From: Sinorhizobium meliloti
GTDB lineage: Bacteria > Pseudomonadota > Alphaproteobacteria > Rhizobiales > Rhizobiaceae
Direction of reading: 5' to 3'
DNA length: 32,000 bases
NCBI RefSeq assembly: GCF_017876815.1
Contig: NZ_JAGIOS010000001.1
Span: forward strand, 1,410,001-1,442,000
This document shows positions 7,855 to 17,186 of this stretch, piece after piece. The notes under the pieces were generated by a model that was not told where the DNA came from, ran no database searches, and saw only the letters and a list, made by a program, of their open reading frames with translations. Position numbers and translations under genes: made by a program. Numbering within the stretch: the first letter of the stretch is position 1; every line of letters starts with the position of its first letter.

Positions 7855-9126
7855 ATGACGTCAATAGAGCCGCGCCCTTTTCTCATATCCCTCTTCGAGG
7901 CCGCCGTCGCCGCGGCCGATCCTGAAGCAGCCATTCGGGCGCATCTTCCGGCGCGGCCGAAGGGCCGCACGATCGTGGTCGGCGCCGGCAAGGCCGCGAG
8001 CCAGATGGCGGCCGCTTTCGAGCGGCTCTGGGACGGGCCGCTCGCAGGCGCCGTCGTTGCCCGCCACGGGCCCGTCGAGAAATGCGGGCGGATCAGGGTC
8101 CTGCAGTCGGCTCACCCGGTGCCGGATGAGGCGGGGCTTGCCGCCTCCGCGGCGCTTCTCGAAACGGTCGGCGGACTGACGGCGGATGATCTCGTGGTGG
8201 CGCTCATCTCCGGCGGCGGCTCGGCTCTGCTGCCGGCCCCGCCCGGCGGCTTGACCCTGGAAGACGAGATCGCCGTCAACAAGGCGCTGCTTGCCTCCGG
8301 AGCGCCGATCTCCGCCATGAATGTGGTCCGCAAGCATGTCTCGCGGATCAAGGGCGGGCGGCTTGCACTTGCCGCCGCGCCGGCGCGGGTCGTGAGCCTC
8401 GTCGTCTCCGACGTGCCCGGCGACAATCCGGCCTTCGTCGCCTCGGGCCCGACGGTTGCCGACCGATCCAGCCTCGAAGAGGCGCGCGAGATCGTCGCGC
8501 GATACGCTATCGCCCTGCCCGAACGGGTGACGGCGCATCTCGCTTCCGATGCGGCGCGAGCACCCCGGCCCGACGATGCTGCATTCGCCGGCAACGAAGT
8601 CCACGTCATCGCCTCGGCGAGCGTTTCGCTGGAAGCGGCGGCGGCACGGGCGCGGGAAAGCGGCATCGAGGCGATGATCCTGTCGGATGCGATCGAAGGC
8701 GAGGCGCGCGACATCGGCCGCATGCATGCGGCGCTCGCGCGGGAAGTGGCCTCGCGCAACCGTCCCTTTTCGAAGCCGGTCGTGCTGCTTTCCGGCGGCG
8801 AGACGACGGTGACGATTTCCGGCGAACGTTACGGTAAGGGCGGACGTAACAGCGAATTCCTCCTGTCGCTCGCGCTCGACATCGACGGTATCGGTGGTAT
8901 CGATGCGCTTGCCGCCGACACCGACGGCATCGACGGATCCGAGGACAATGCCGGCGCCTTTGCCGACGGCGCAAGCATTGGCCGGATGCGGGCGGCAGGC
9001 GCCGATCCCCGTTCGCATCTCGCAGGCCATGACGCCTGGACGGCCTTCGCGGCCAGCGGCGACCTCTTCGTGCCCGGCCCGACGGGGACGAATGTCAATG
9101 ATCTGCGGGCGATCCTGATACGCTGA
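7855..9126 (+). CDS. Glycerate 2-kinase / putative hydroxypyruvate reductase family (MOFRL domain, TtuD-like)
   Basis: The translation MTSIEPRPFLISLFEAAVAAADP..GAGKAA..LISGGGSALL..LLSGGETTV..ADTDGIDG is typical of TtuD/GckA-type glycerate kinases. The start is taken at ATG 7855, inside the longer track ORF. Confidence 0.85.
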   Translation: MTSIEPRPFLISLFEAAVAAADPEAAIRAHLPARPKGRTIVVGAGKAASQMAAAFERLWDGPLAGAVVARHGPVEKCGRIRVLQSAHPVPDEAGLAASAALLETVGGLTADDLVVALISGGGSALLPAPPGGLTLEDEIAVNKALLASGAPISAMNVVRKHVSRIKGGRLALAAAPARVVSLVVSDVPGDNPAFVASGPTVADRSSLEEAREIVARYAIALPERVTAHLASDAARAPRPDDAAFAGNEVHVIASASVSLEAAAARARESGIEAMILSDAIEGEARDIGRMHAALAREVASRNRPFSKPVVLLSGGETTVTISGERYGKGGRNSEFLLSLALDIDGIGGIDALAADTDGIDGSEDNAGAFADGASIGRMRAAGADPRSHLAGHDAWTAFAASGDLFVPGPTGTNVNDLRAILIR

Positions 9127-9159
9127 ACTTCTGGAAGGGGATGGCACGGCCTGAAATTG

Positions 9160-9182
9160 CCCCTCCCAAACGTGGGGAGGGG
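9160..9182. terminator. GC-rich hairpin between convergent genes (possible bidirectional terminator or repeat fragment)
   Basis: CCCCTCCC (9160-9167) pairs with GGGAGGGG (9175-9182) around a 7-nt loop. It lies between the stop at 9126 (+) and the stop at 9205 (-). There is no clear U-tract, so terminator function is uncertain. Confidence 0.3.
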
Positions 9183-9204
9183 TCATTCCGCGCGCGAACC
9201 GCTG

Positions 9205-10542
9205 TTACTTCACCCGCTTCAACGCATCGGCAAGGATCGAGACGATCTCGCCGAAATGCTGCTTTTCCGCGATCAGAGGCGGCGAGAAGGCGATGATGTC
9301 GCCGGTGACGCGGATCAGCAGGCCCCGCTCGAAACAATCGACGAAGACGTCATAGGCGCGAGCGCCGGGCGCGCCGTCGCGCGACTGGAGCTCGATGCCG
9401 GCGATGAGGCCGATGGTGCGGATGTCGATGACGTGCGGCAGGCCTTTCATGGAATGCATCGCCTCGTGCCAGTCGCCCTCGATTTCGGCGGCGCGCGTCA
9501 TCAGGCCTTCGTCGCGATAGATGTCGAGCGTGGCGATGCCGGCGGCACAGGCGGCCGGATGGCCGGAATAGGTATAGCCGTGGAAGAGCTCGATCTGGCC
9601 TTCGGGGCCGTGCATCAGCGCGTCGTGCACCTTGCGGCTGGCAAAGACAGCGCCCATCGGGATCGCACCGTTGGTAAGCCCCTTTGCGGTGGTGACGATG
9701 TCCGGCGTGACGCCGAAATAGTCGGTCGCAAAGGCCGCACCGAGCCGGCCGAAACCGGTGATCACCTCGTCGAAGATCAGGAGAATGCCGTGCTTGTCGC
9801 AGATCGCGCGCAGCCGCTCGAGATAGCCCTTCGGCGGGATCAGCACGCCGGTCGAGCCGGCGACTGGCTCGACGATGCAGGCGGCGATCGTCTCGGCGCC
9901 GTGGAGCGCCACGAGCCTTTCGAGGTCGTCGGCAAGCTCCGCACCATGCTCCGGCTGCCCTTTGACGAAGGCGTTCTTCGCCGGATCATGGGTGTGGCGC
10001 AGATGGTCGGACCCGGGAAGCTGCGGGAAGACGCGGCGGTTGTTGACGATGCCGCCGACGGAGATGCCGCCGAAGCCGACGCCGTGATAACCGCGTTCGC
10101 GGCCGATGAGGCGGGTGCGCGTGCCTTGGCCGATCGAACGTTGATAGGCAAGTGCCATCTTCAGCGCGGTGTCCACGGATTCCGAGCCCGAGCCGGTGAA
10201 GAACACCCGGTCGAGCTTGGTGCCAGCCGGGCCGGGCGCGATCTCGGCCAGCCGCTCGGCGAAGTCGAAGGCGATCGGATGACCCATCTGGAAGGACGGC
10301 GCGAAGTCCATGGTCGAAAGCTGCCGCTCGACCGCGGCGGCGATCTGCCGGCGGCCGTGCCCGGCATTCACGCACCAGAGGCCGGCGGTGCCGTCGAGAA
10401 CCGTCCGGCCGTCGACGCTGGTGTAGTGCATGCCCTCGGCGGCGGCGAGCAGCCGGGGTGCCGCCTTGAACTGGCGGTTGGCGGTGAAGGGCATCCAGTA
10501 GCTGTCGAGAACCGGAGCGTTGGGCTTGTTGTGGGCGTTCAT
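9205..10542 (-). CDS. Class III PLP aminotransferase, omega-amino acid:pyruvate (beta-alanine-pyruvate transaminase-like)
   Basis: 445 aa with ..YWMPFTANRQF..GLWCVNAGHGR..SGSESVDTALK..DEVITGFGRLG..TAKGLTNG.., closely resembling OapT/BauA-type transaminases. A strong AGGAGG Shine-Dalgarno lies 5 nt before the ATG. Confidence 0.88.
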   Translation of the reverse strand: MNAHNKPNAPVLDSYWMPFTANRQFKAAPRLLAAAEGMHYTSVDGRTVLDGTAGLWCVNAGHGRRQIAAAVERQLSTMDFAPSFQMGHPIAFDFAERLAEIAPGPAGTKLDRVFFTGSGSESVDTALKMALAYQRSIGQGTRTRLIGRERGYHGVGFGGISVGGIVNNRRVFPQLPGSDHLRHTHDPAKNAFVKGQPEHGAELADDLERLVALHGAETIAACIVEPVAGSTGVLIPPKGYLERLRAICDKHGILLIFDEVITGFGRLGAAFATDYFGVTPDIVTTAKGLTNGAIPMGAVFASRKVHDALMHGPEGQIELFHGYTYSGHPAACAAGIATLDIYRDEGLMTRAAEIEGDWHEAMHSMKGLPHVIDIRTIGLIAGIELQSRDGAPGARAYDVFVDCFERGLLIRVTGDIIAFSPPLIAEKQHFGEIVSILADALKRVK

Positions 10543-10638
10543 GGCATCCTCCTGTCGTTAGCCGATTGACGCCATGATTTGGATTTCCGAACAAGTCCTT
10601 TTCTAAGGTCATCTAAGCCGTTGTATTTGCACGAGGGA

Positions 10639-10665
10639 GTTTGATAGAGTTTCGCTATTTCAAAC
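10639..10665. promoter_or_regulatory. Imperfect dyad in a divergent promoter region (candidate operator)
   Basis: GTTTGA-N15-TCAAAC with inner ATAG/CTAT symmetry. It sits in the AT-richer 145-bp gap between the aminotransferase start (10542, -) and the regulator start (10688, +). Confidence 0.25.
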
Positions 10666-10687
10666 AACATCAACACCGGAGTTCGCT

Positions 10688-11236
10688 ATGAGCGTCGATA
10701 TCGGCAGCCGCCTGCGGCAGGTGCGGCTGAGGCACAAGCTTTCCCAGCGCGAACTCGCCAAACGGGCGGGGGTTACAAACTCCACCATCTCGCTGATCGA
10801 ATCGAATGCATCGAACCCCTCGGTCGGGGCGCTGAAGCGTATCCTCGACGGTATACCGATCGGGCTTGCGGAGTTCTTCTCCTTCGAGCCGGAGAAGTCG
10901 CGCAGGGCTTTCTATGCGGCGGAGGAACTGGTGGAGATCGGCAAGGGACCGATCTCCTATCGCCAGATCGGCGACAACCTTTTCGGCCGCAGCCTTCAGA
11001 TCCTGAAGGAGTGCTACCAGCCGGGCGCGGATACCGGCAAGGTGCCGCTGGTGCATGAGGGCGAGGAAGGCGGCATCGTGCTTTCAGGCCGGCTCGAAGT
11101 GACCGTCGATGACGAGCGGCGCATCCTCGGGCCGGGCGACGCCTATTATTTCGAAAGCCGGCGGCCGCACCGCTTTCGCTGTATCGGACCGGTGCCCTGC
11201 GACGTGATCAGTGCCTGTACGCCGCCGACGTTTTGA
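10688..11236 (+). CDS. XRE-family HTH transcriptional regulator with C-terminal cupin domain (PuuR-like architecture)
   Basis: N-terminal HTH (LSQRELAKRAGVTNSTISLIESN) and a C-terminal cupin (..HEGEEGGIVLSGRLEVTVD..GDAYYFESRRPHRF). A GGAG Shine-Dalgarno lies 6 nt upstream. Confidence 0.88.
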   Translation: MSVDIGSRLRQVRLRHKLSQRELAKRAGVTNSTISLIESNASNPSVGALKRILDGIPIGLAEFFSFEPEKSRRAFYAAEELVEIGKGPISYRQIGDNLFGRSLQILKECYQPGADTGKVPLVHEGEEGGIVLSGRLEVTVDDERRILGPGDAYYFESRRPHRFRCIGPVPCDVISACTPPTF

Positions 11237-11248
11237 AGGGGAAAGAAC

Positions 11249-11412
11249 GCCCCTCATCCGCCTGCCGGCACCTTCTTCCCCGTTCTGACGGGGAGAAGGG
11301 ACAAGCGGGCTACTCCCCTTCCTGCCGAAGCCGTTGCGGTGTTACGAGCGAGCGCCACGAGTCCCTTCTCCCCGTGGAACGGGGAGAAGGTGCCGGCAGG
11401 CGGTTGAGGGGC
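11249..11412. repeat. Intergenic mosaic repeat, copy D: two hairpin-plus-tail modules arranged head-to-head
   Basis: The left end GCCCCTCATCCGCCTGCCGGCACC (11249-11272) matches the reverse complement of the right end GGTGCCGGCAGGCGGTTGAGGGGC (11389-11412) at 23 of 24 positions. Each end adjoins a CCTTCT(T)CCCCG..CGGGGAGAAGG hairpin. The element lies between convergent stops at 11236 and 11425. Confidence 0.85.
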
Positions 11413-11424
11413 AATTCGAGCCGC

Positions 11425-12657
11425 TCACGAAAGCCGCTCGCAAGCCGCAGCGATTCGTTCGAGCGCCTCCTTCAGCTCCGCCTCCGATGTTGCATAGGAG
11501 ATGCGGAAAAAGGGTGAGAGGCCGAAGGCCGAGCCCGGGACGACGGCGACATGGGCGTCTTCCAGAAGATAGGCGCAGAAGTCCGTATCCGTTTTGATCC
11601 TCTTGCCTGATGGCGTCACCTTGCCGAGCACGCCGGCGCAGCCGGAGAAGGTGTAGAAGGCACCCTCGGGAACGCGGCAGTCGAGGCCGTCGATCGCGTT
11701 CAGGCCGTTGACCACGAGATCGCGGCGGCGCTGGAAGCTCTCGGTTCGTTCTTTCAGGAAGTCCTGCGGCCCGTTGAGCGCCGCGACCGAAGCCGCCTGG
11801 CTTATCGAAGAGGGGCATGAGGTCGCCTGGCTCTGGACGACGGCCATCGCCTTGATGAGCTCGCGCGGGCCACCGGCATAGCCGATCCGCCAGCCGGTCA
11901 TCGCATAGGCCTTCGAGACGCCGTTTACGGTCAGCGTGCGGTTCTTCAGGCCCGGCTCCAACTGCGCCGGGGTGACGAAGCGGAAACCGTCATAGACGAT
12001 GTGCTCATACATGTCGTCGACGAGCAGCCAGACATGCGGGTGCCTCAGAAGTACCTCGAGCAGCGGCCGGTAGTCGGCCGCACTGTAGGCGGCGCCCGAC
12101 GGATTGGAGGGCGAGTTCAAGAGCACCCATCGGGTCCGCGGCGTGATGGCCGCCTCAAGCTTTTCCGCCGTCAGGCGGAAACCGGAAGATGCGTCGCAGG
12201 CGATCAGGACCGGCTTGCCCTCGCAGATATGGACAATGTCCGAATAGGAGGTCCAGTAGGGCGTCGGAATGATGACCTCGTCGCCCGGATCGAGCGAGGC
12301 CATCATGGCGTTGAAGAGGATCTGCTTGGCGCCGGTCGCGACCGTGATCTCGTCCAGCTCGTAGGCCAACCCGTTCTCGCGCTGGAATTTCTCGCGGATC
12401 GCCTTCTTCAGTTCCGGCGTGCCGTCGAGTGCGGTGTATTTCGTCTCGCCGCGGTGAATCGCATCCGAGGCGGCCTGCTTCACGTGTTCCGGCGTGTCGA
12501 AATCCGGCTCGCCGGCGCCGAGGATGATCACCGGCTTGCCTTCGCGCTTCATGGCGGCGGCGCGGGCGCCGATCTTCAGGATTTCCGAAACTCCGATCGA
12601 GGAAATCCGCGAGGCGGGCTGAAAGCCCGCCTCCTTGACCGTTGCATTGATGGTCAT
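11425..12657 (-). CDS. aatB: Class I PLP aminotransferase (aspartate aminotransferase B-like); by context a candidate 2-aminoadipate transaminase
   Basis: 410 aa with GAGEPDFDTP, NSPSNPSGA and SKAYAMTGWRIGY (PLP lysine). The N-terminus MTINATVKEAGFQPASRISSIGV matches my recollection of S. meliloti AatB. It starts 16 nt downstream of the ALDH gene on the same strand. Confidence 0.88.
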   Translation of the reverse strand: MTINATVKEAGFQPASRISSIGVSEILKIGARAAAMKREGKPVIILGAGEPDFDTPEHVKQAASDAIHRGETKYTALDGTPELKKAIREKFQRENGLAYELDEITVATGAKQILFNAMMASLDPGDEVIIPTPYWTSYSDIVHICEGKPVLIACDASSGFRLTAEKLEAAITPRTRWVLLNSPSNPSGAAYSAADYRPLLEVLLRHPHVWLLVDDMYEHIVYDGFRFVTPAQLEPGLKNRTLTVNGVSKAYAMTGWRIGYAGGPRELIKAMAVVQSQATSCPSSISQAASVAALNGPQDFLKERTESFQRRRDLVVNGLNAIDGLDCRVPEGAFYTFSGCAGVLGKVTPSGKRIKTDTDFCAYLLEDAHVAVVPGSAFGLSPFFRISYATSEAELKEALERIAAACERLS

Positions 12658-12673
12658 GGCCGATCCTGTTCGA

Positions 12674-14206
<1,533 letters not shown>

Positions 14207-14240
14207 GTGGTGACTCCCGTCTTGTAACTGGCGCGATGAC

Positions 14241-15662
14241 CTAACCGAAGCGCACGCTGCCGAGCTTGCCCGGCGAGGTGAGCGTCTTGAGGCCGGCCGC
14301 CATGTTCTTCAGTTTTTCCGGCGTGTAGAGATCGTAAAAAGCCTGGTTGCGGCGGCCGAGCGCATGTTCCGCGCTGAAGCTGCCGTGATATTGCTCGACC
14401 GCCACCGCAAAGACCCATTCGCGCAGTCGCTGCTCGAAGGTCGCATCGGCCAGTAGCGGACTATCCTTGGCGACGACCAGGTTGAAGTGAACGCCGCCGT
14501 CGCCGATATGGCCGAAATCGCAGACCGTGACGCCCGGAAATTTTTCCGGCATTTCCGTCTTCATATGGTCGCAGAAGGCCATGATGTCACCCCTGCGGAA
14601 GGAGAGATCGAAGGCGATCAGCTTGCCGAGGTGTTTTACGCCCTCCGAAAGCGCATGGCGCAGCGCCCAGATCTCGTGCGGCGGGCCGACGAGTGCATCG
14701 GCGAGCAGTACCTCTTCCATCTCCCATATCTCCGCGAGCACGCTTTCGAGAACCGCGTCGAGCGGCTGCTCGCCTTCGCGCGGGCTCGAGGTGCGGGAGA
14801 TTTCGGCGAGGATCACGTAGTCGGGGACCTTGCCGCCTTGGAAGGGGTTTTTCAGCGCCGGCACATGGGCGAAGGCCGCGGCGATCGCGTTCCTCGACAT
14901 TCCCTCGAAGGCCGAGAGATAGGCGCCGAGCCGCTCTTCCATGGCCTTCAGGAGCGGCAGGACATGCGCGCCGCTCGCCGGCACGAGGAAGGCGGTCGCC
15001 GTCTGCTTCGGCAGGCGCTCGAGATTGAGCACGCATTCGGTGACGATGCCGAAGGCGCCCGAGGTGCCGATGAAGATCTGCTTCCAGTCGACGCCGGTAT
15101 TGTTCTTGCGCAGGTCCGAGCCGAGGTCGAGCACCGTGCCCGCCTCGTCGGCGAGGACCACTTTCAGACCCAGCGTGTTGCGGCGCACGTCGCCATATTT
15201 GAGGAAGCGCGAGCCGCCGGTATTGGTGGCGATCATGCCGCCGATCCGCGGGTCGGCGCCGAGATCGATCGGGAAGAACAGGCCGTGTTCCTCCAGGCGC
15301 CGATTGAGCTCGGACAGGCGGAAGCCGGCATCGACGCGCACGGAGCGATTGTCGAGGTCGAGCGCGAATTGGCGGGTCAGCCGGTCGAGGCTGACAACGA
15401 CCTCGCTGCCGGACTCGTCCGGCGTCGATCCCGAGACGAGGCCCGTATTGCCCGACTGGGGGATGAGGGCGATGCCGCTGCGGACGCAGTAACCGACGGC
15501 GGCCGAGACCTCTTCCGTCGTTACCGGACGCAGGACGGCCGCCGCGCGGCCGCGGTCGTAGCGTGCGCCGGCCTCGTAAGCCTCCATGTCCTCCCGACGC
15601 GTGACGACGCCCTTGTCGCCAAGGAGCTTCGTCAATGCGTCGATATGGTGCTCGTCAATCAT
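14241..15662 (-). CDS. FAD-linked oxidase (GlcD/D-lactate dehydrogenase family); candidate D-2-hydroxyglutarate dehydrogenase
   Basis: 473 aa from ATG 15662 (MIDEHHIDALTKLLG..). It has an FAD_binding_4-type region (..PQSGNTGLVSGS..) and a C-terminal FAD-oxidase domain. The start is 10 nt downstream of the HglS stop. The part of the track ORF upstream of 15662 overlaps hglS and is not coding. Confidence 0.85.
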   Translation of the reverse strand: MIDEHHIDALTKLLGDKGVVTRREDMEAYEAGARYDRGRAAAVLRPVTTEEVSAAVGYCVRSGIALIPQSGNTGLVSGSTPDESGSEVVVSLDRLTRQFALDLDNRSVRVDAGFRLSELNRRLEEHGLFFPIDLGADPRIGGMIATNTGGSRFLKYGDVRRNTLGLKVVLADEAGTVLDLGSDLRKNNTGVDWKQIFIGTSGAFGIVTECVLNLERLPKQTATAFLVPASGAHVLPLLKAMEERLGAYLSAFEGMSRNAIAAAFAHVPALKNPFQGGKVPDYVILAEISRTSSPREGEQPLDAVLESVLAEIWEMEEVLLADALVGPPHEIWALRHALSEGVKHLGKLIAFDLSFRRGDIMAFCDHMKTEMPEKFPGVTVCDFGHIGDGGVHFNLVVAKDSPLLADATFEQRLREWVFAVAVEQYHGSFSAEHALGRRNQAFYDLYTPEKLKNMAAGLKTLTSPGKLGSVRFG

Positions 15663-15672
15663 CGCCGGCGTA

Positions 15673-17112
15673 TCACTCCGCTGCCATGGCGGCGGTAAGC
15701 GCCTTGAGGCAGCCTTCGATCGATGCCTGCTCGATGCCGGCATAGTGATCGAATTCGTTGAGCACGGCGACGCCGAGATCGGTCTCGAAGCGCTTCTGGT
15801 TCGGGCTCGCTTCGAATTCCTGCTGCGCACCGTCGCCGAGGTTCGACTGGAAGATACCGGCGGCGCTGACGGGAAGGAAGTCCTCATAGACGATCGGATC
15901 GAATTGAACGAGGCCGTCGGCGATCAGGGAATTGAGATCACGCCGGCCGGGCAGCTTCGTCCGCCGGCCCTTATCCGTCAGGGAGTAGCTGAAATAGCCG
16001 AGGCCCGCCTCGCGGAGCTCCGCCCAGCTGTCGGGGAACGCCTCGAAGACCTGGGCCAAGGCCGCTTCGTATTCCCTGGCGTTTGAACCATCGGCGGCCG
16101 GGCGTACGATCTTGCGCGATTCGTCGAGCAGCCGGTCGTAGAGACCTCGGCCCTTAGGCGTCAAAGCGATGCCGCGCTGCTCGATCTCGCCGAAGCGGGC
16201 GGTATGCGAGCCGGTCTTCCAGCTGCCGTCGGAGTCGCGGAAGGAAACCGGCTCTTCGAGCGCCTTGAAGGACGTCTGGCGAAGCAGGACCGGGCATTTG
16301 CGTGTCGGCGGTCCTTCGACGACGGCCTTCGGGGCAATGCCATATTCCGGCATCAGCGCCTGGACGCGGTCGATGTCGAGCGTCCGTGGCGTCAAATGGT
16401 TGATATGCGGCCCCTTGAAGGAGACCACGTCGGCGATCAGCCGGTGCGCATCGTGCAGGCGCTCGTACATGCCGGCGCTGACATTCGCCTCGTCGTGCCA
16501 GCGGAAGGTCTCGAGCACTTCGGCGACGAAACGCTCGGCATCGGCCTTGTCGAGGCCGCCGTCCCGCTCGGCCTTTTCGGTAAGCTCGACCGCACCGGAT
16601 GTAAAGATCCGGCGCTCTTTCAGGATCGCCTCCGCCTCGGCGCGAAGGGCCTCGTCGGAAATGAGGTCGAGCCTCAGAAGCGAGGTGAAGACGCGGAAGG
16701 GGTTGTGCTTCAGAGCCGCGTCGCCCACCGGCCGGAAGGCCGTGGAGTGGACCGGCACCCCGGCGGTCGACAGATCGTAGTAGCCGACCGGATACATGCC
16801 CATCACGGCAAATACCCGGCGCATCATCGAAAGCTCCGCCGGCGTGCCGAGACGGATCGCGCCGTGACGCTCCTCGGAAATGCGTTCGAGCGAATCGGTC
16901 GCTTCCAGGCGCCCCTTCAGGGTGGCGTCGGCCGAGAGCGTTTCGCCGTTGACCCTGGCGACGAGCTCCATCAGCGTGCCGTAGGCCGGCACTTCCTCGC
17001 GGTACATCAACGACATCGCAGCGGAAAAGGCCGAGCGAATATCGTCGGCGGATACGAAACTATTCTCTTTCACTGGGGCTCGCCTCGCGCTATGGATGAA
17101 GGACAAGGTCAT
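15673..17112 (-). CDS. hglS: DUF1338/YdcJ-family Fe(II) enzyme: 2-oxoadipate dioxygenase/decarboxylase (HglS)
   Basis: Collinear along its length with E. coli YdcJ as I recall it (..MYREEVPAYGTL..ERHGAIRLGT..GMYPVGYYDLS..VHSTAFRP..FTSLLRL..HINHLTPRTLDID..LLRQTSFKALEE..HTARFGEIEQRG..YEDFLPVSAAGIFQSNLG). The start is uncertain: ATG at 17112 or GTG at 17073. Confidence 0.88.
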   Translation of the reverse strand: MTLSFIHSARRAPVKENSFVSADDIRSAFSAAMSLMYREEVPAYGTLMELVARVNGETLSADATLKGRLEATDSLERISEERHGAIRLGTPAELSMMRRVFAVMGMYPVGYYDLSTAGVPVHSTAFRPVGDAALKHNPFRVFTSLLRLDLISDEALRAEAEAILKERRIFTSGAVELTEKAERDGGLDKADAERFVAEVLETFRWHDEANVSAGMYERLHDAHRLIADVVSFKGPHINHLTPRTLDIDRVQALMPEYGIAPKAVVEGPPTRKCPVLLRQTSFKALEEPVSFRDSDGSWKTGSHTARFGEIEQRGIALTPKGRGLYDRLLDESRKIVRPAADGSNAREYEAALAQVFEAFPDSWAELREAGLGYFSYSLTDKGRRTKLPGRRDLNSLIADGLVQFDPIVYEDFLPVSAAGIFQSNLGDGAQQEFEASPNQKRFETDLGVAVLNEFDHYAGIEQASIEGCLKALTAAMAAE

Positions 17113-17186
17113 TCTTAATTCTGATCATATCGGAAGGCTCTGAGCTTGGATCGCGCTGCTTCTGACTATGTTGATGCGAGGCTGGA

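Noticed and set aside
9157-10569. A 470-aa plus-strand ORF covering the aminotransferase locus
   Set aside because: It is the antisense shadow of a clearly recognisable class III aminotransferase. It is Arg/Gly/Asp/Ala-rich with no motifs and no ribosome-binding site.
12612-12628. A perfect hairpin GCGGGCT-GAA-AGCCCGC near the 5' end of aatB
   Set aside because: It lies inside the coding sequence (codons for ..AGFQPAS..) with no U-tract. It is most likely coincidental in GC-rich DNA, and no evidence supports attenuation.
17113-17186. A search for a canonical LysR T-N11-A box in the lysR/hglS divergent region (a TGATCA palindrome around 17122-17127 and a TCA-N10-TGA)
   Set aside because: I could not verify a convincing dyad with the expected symmetry. 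The region surely contains the promoters, but naming a specific site would be a guess.
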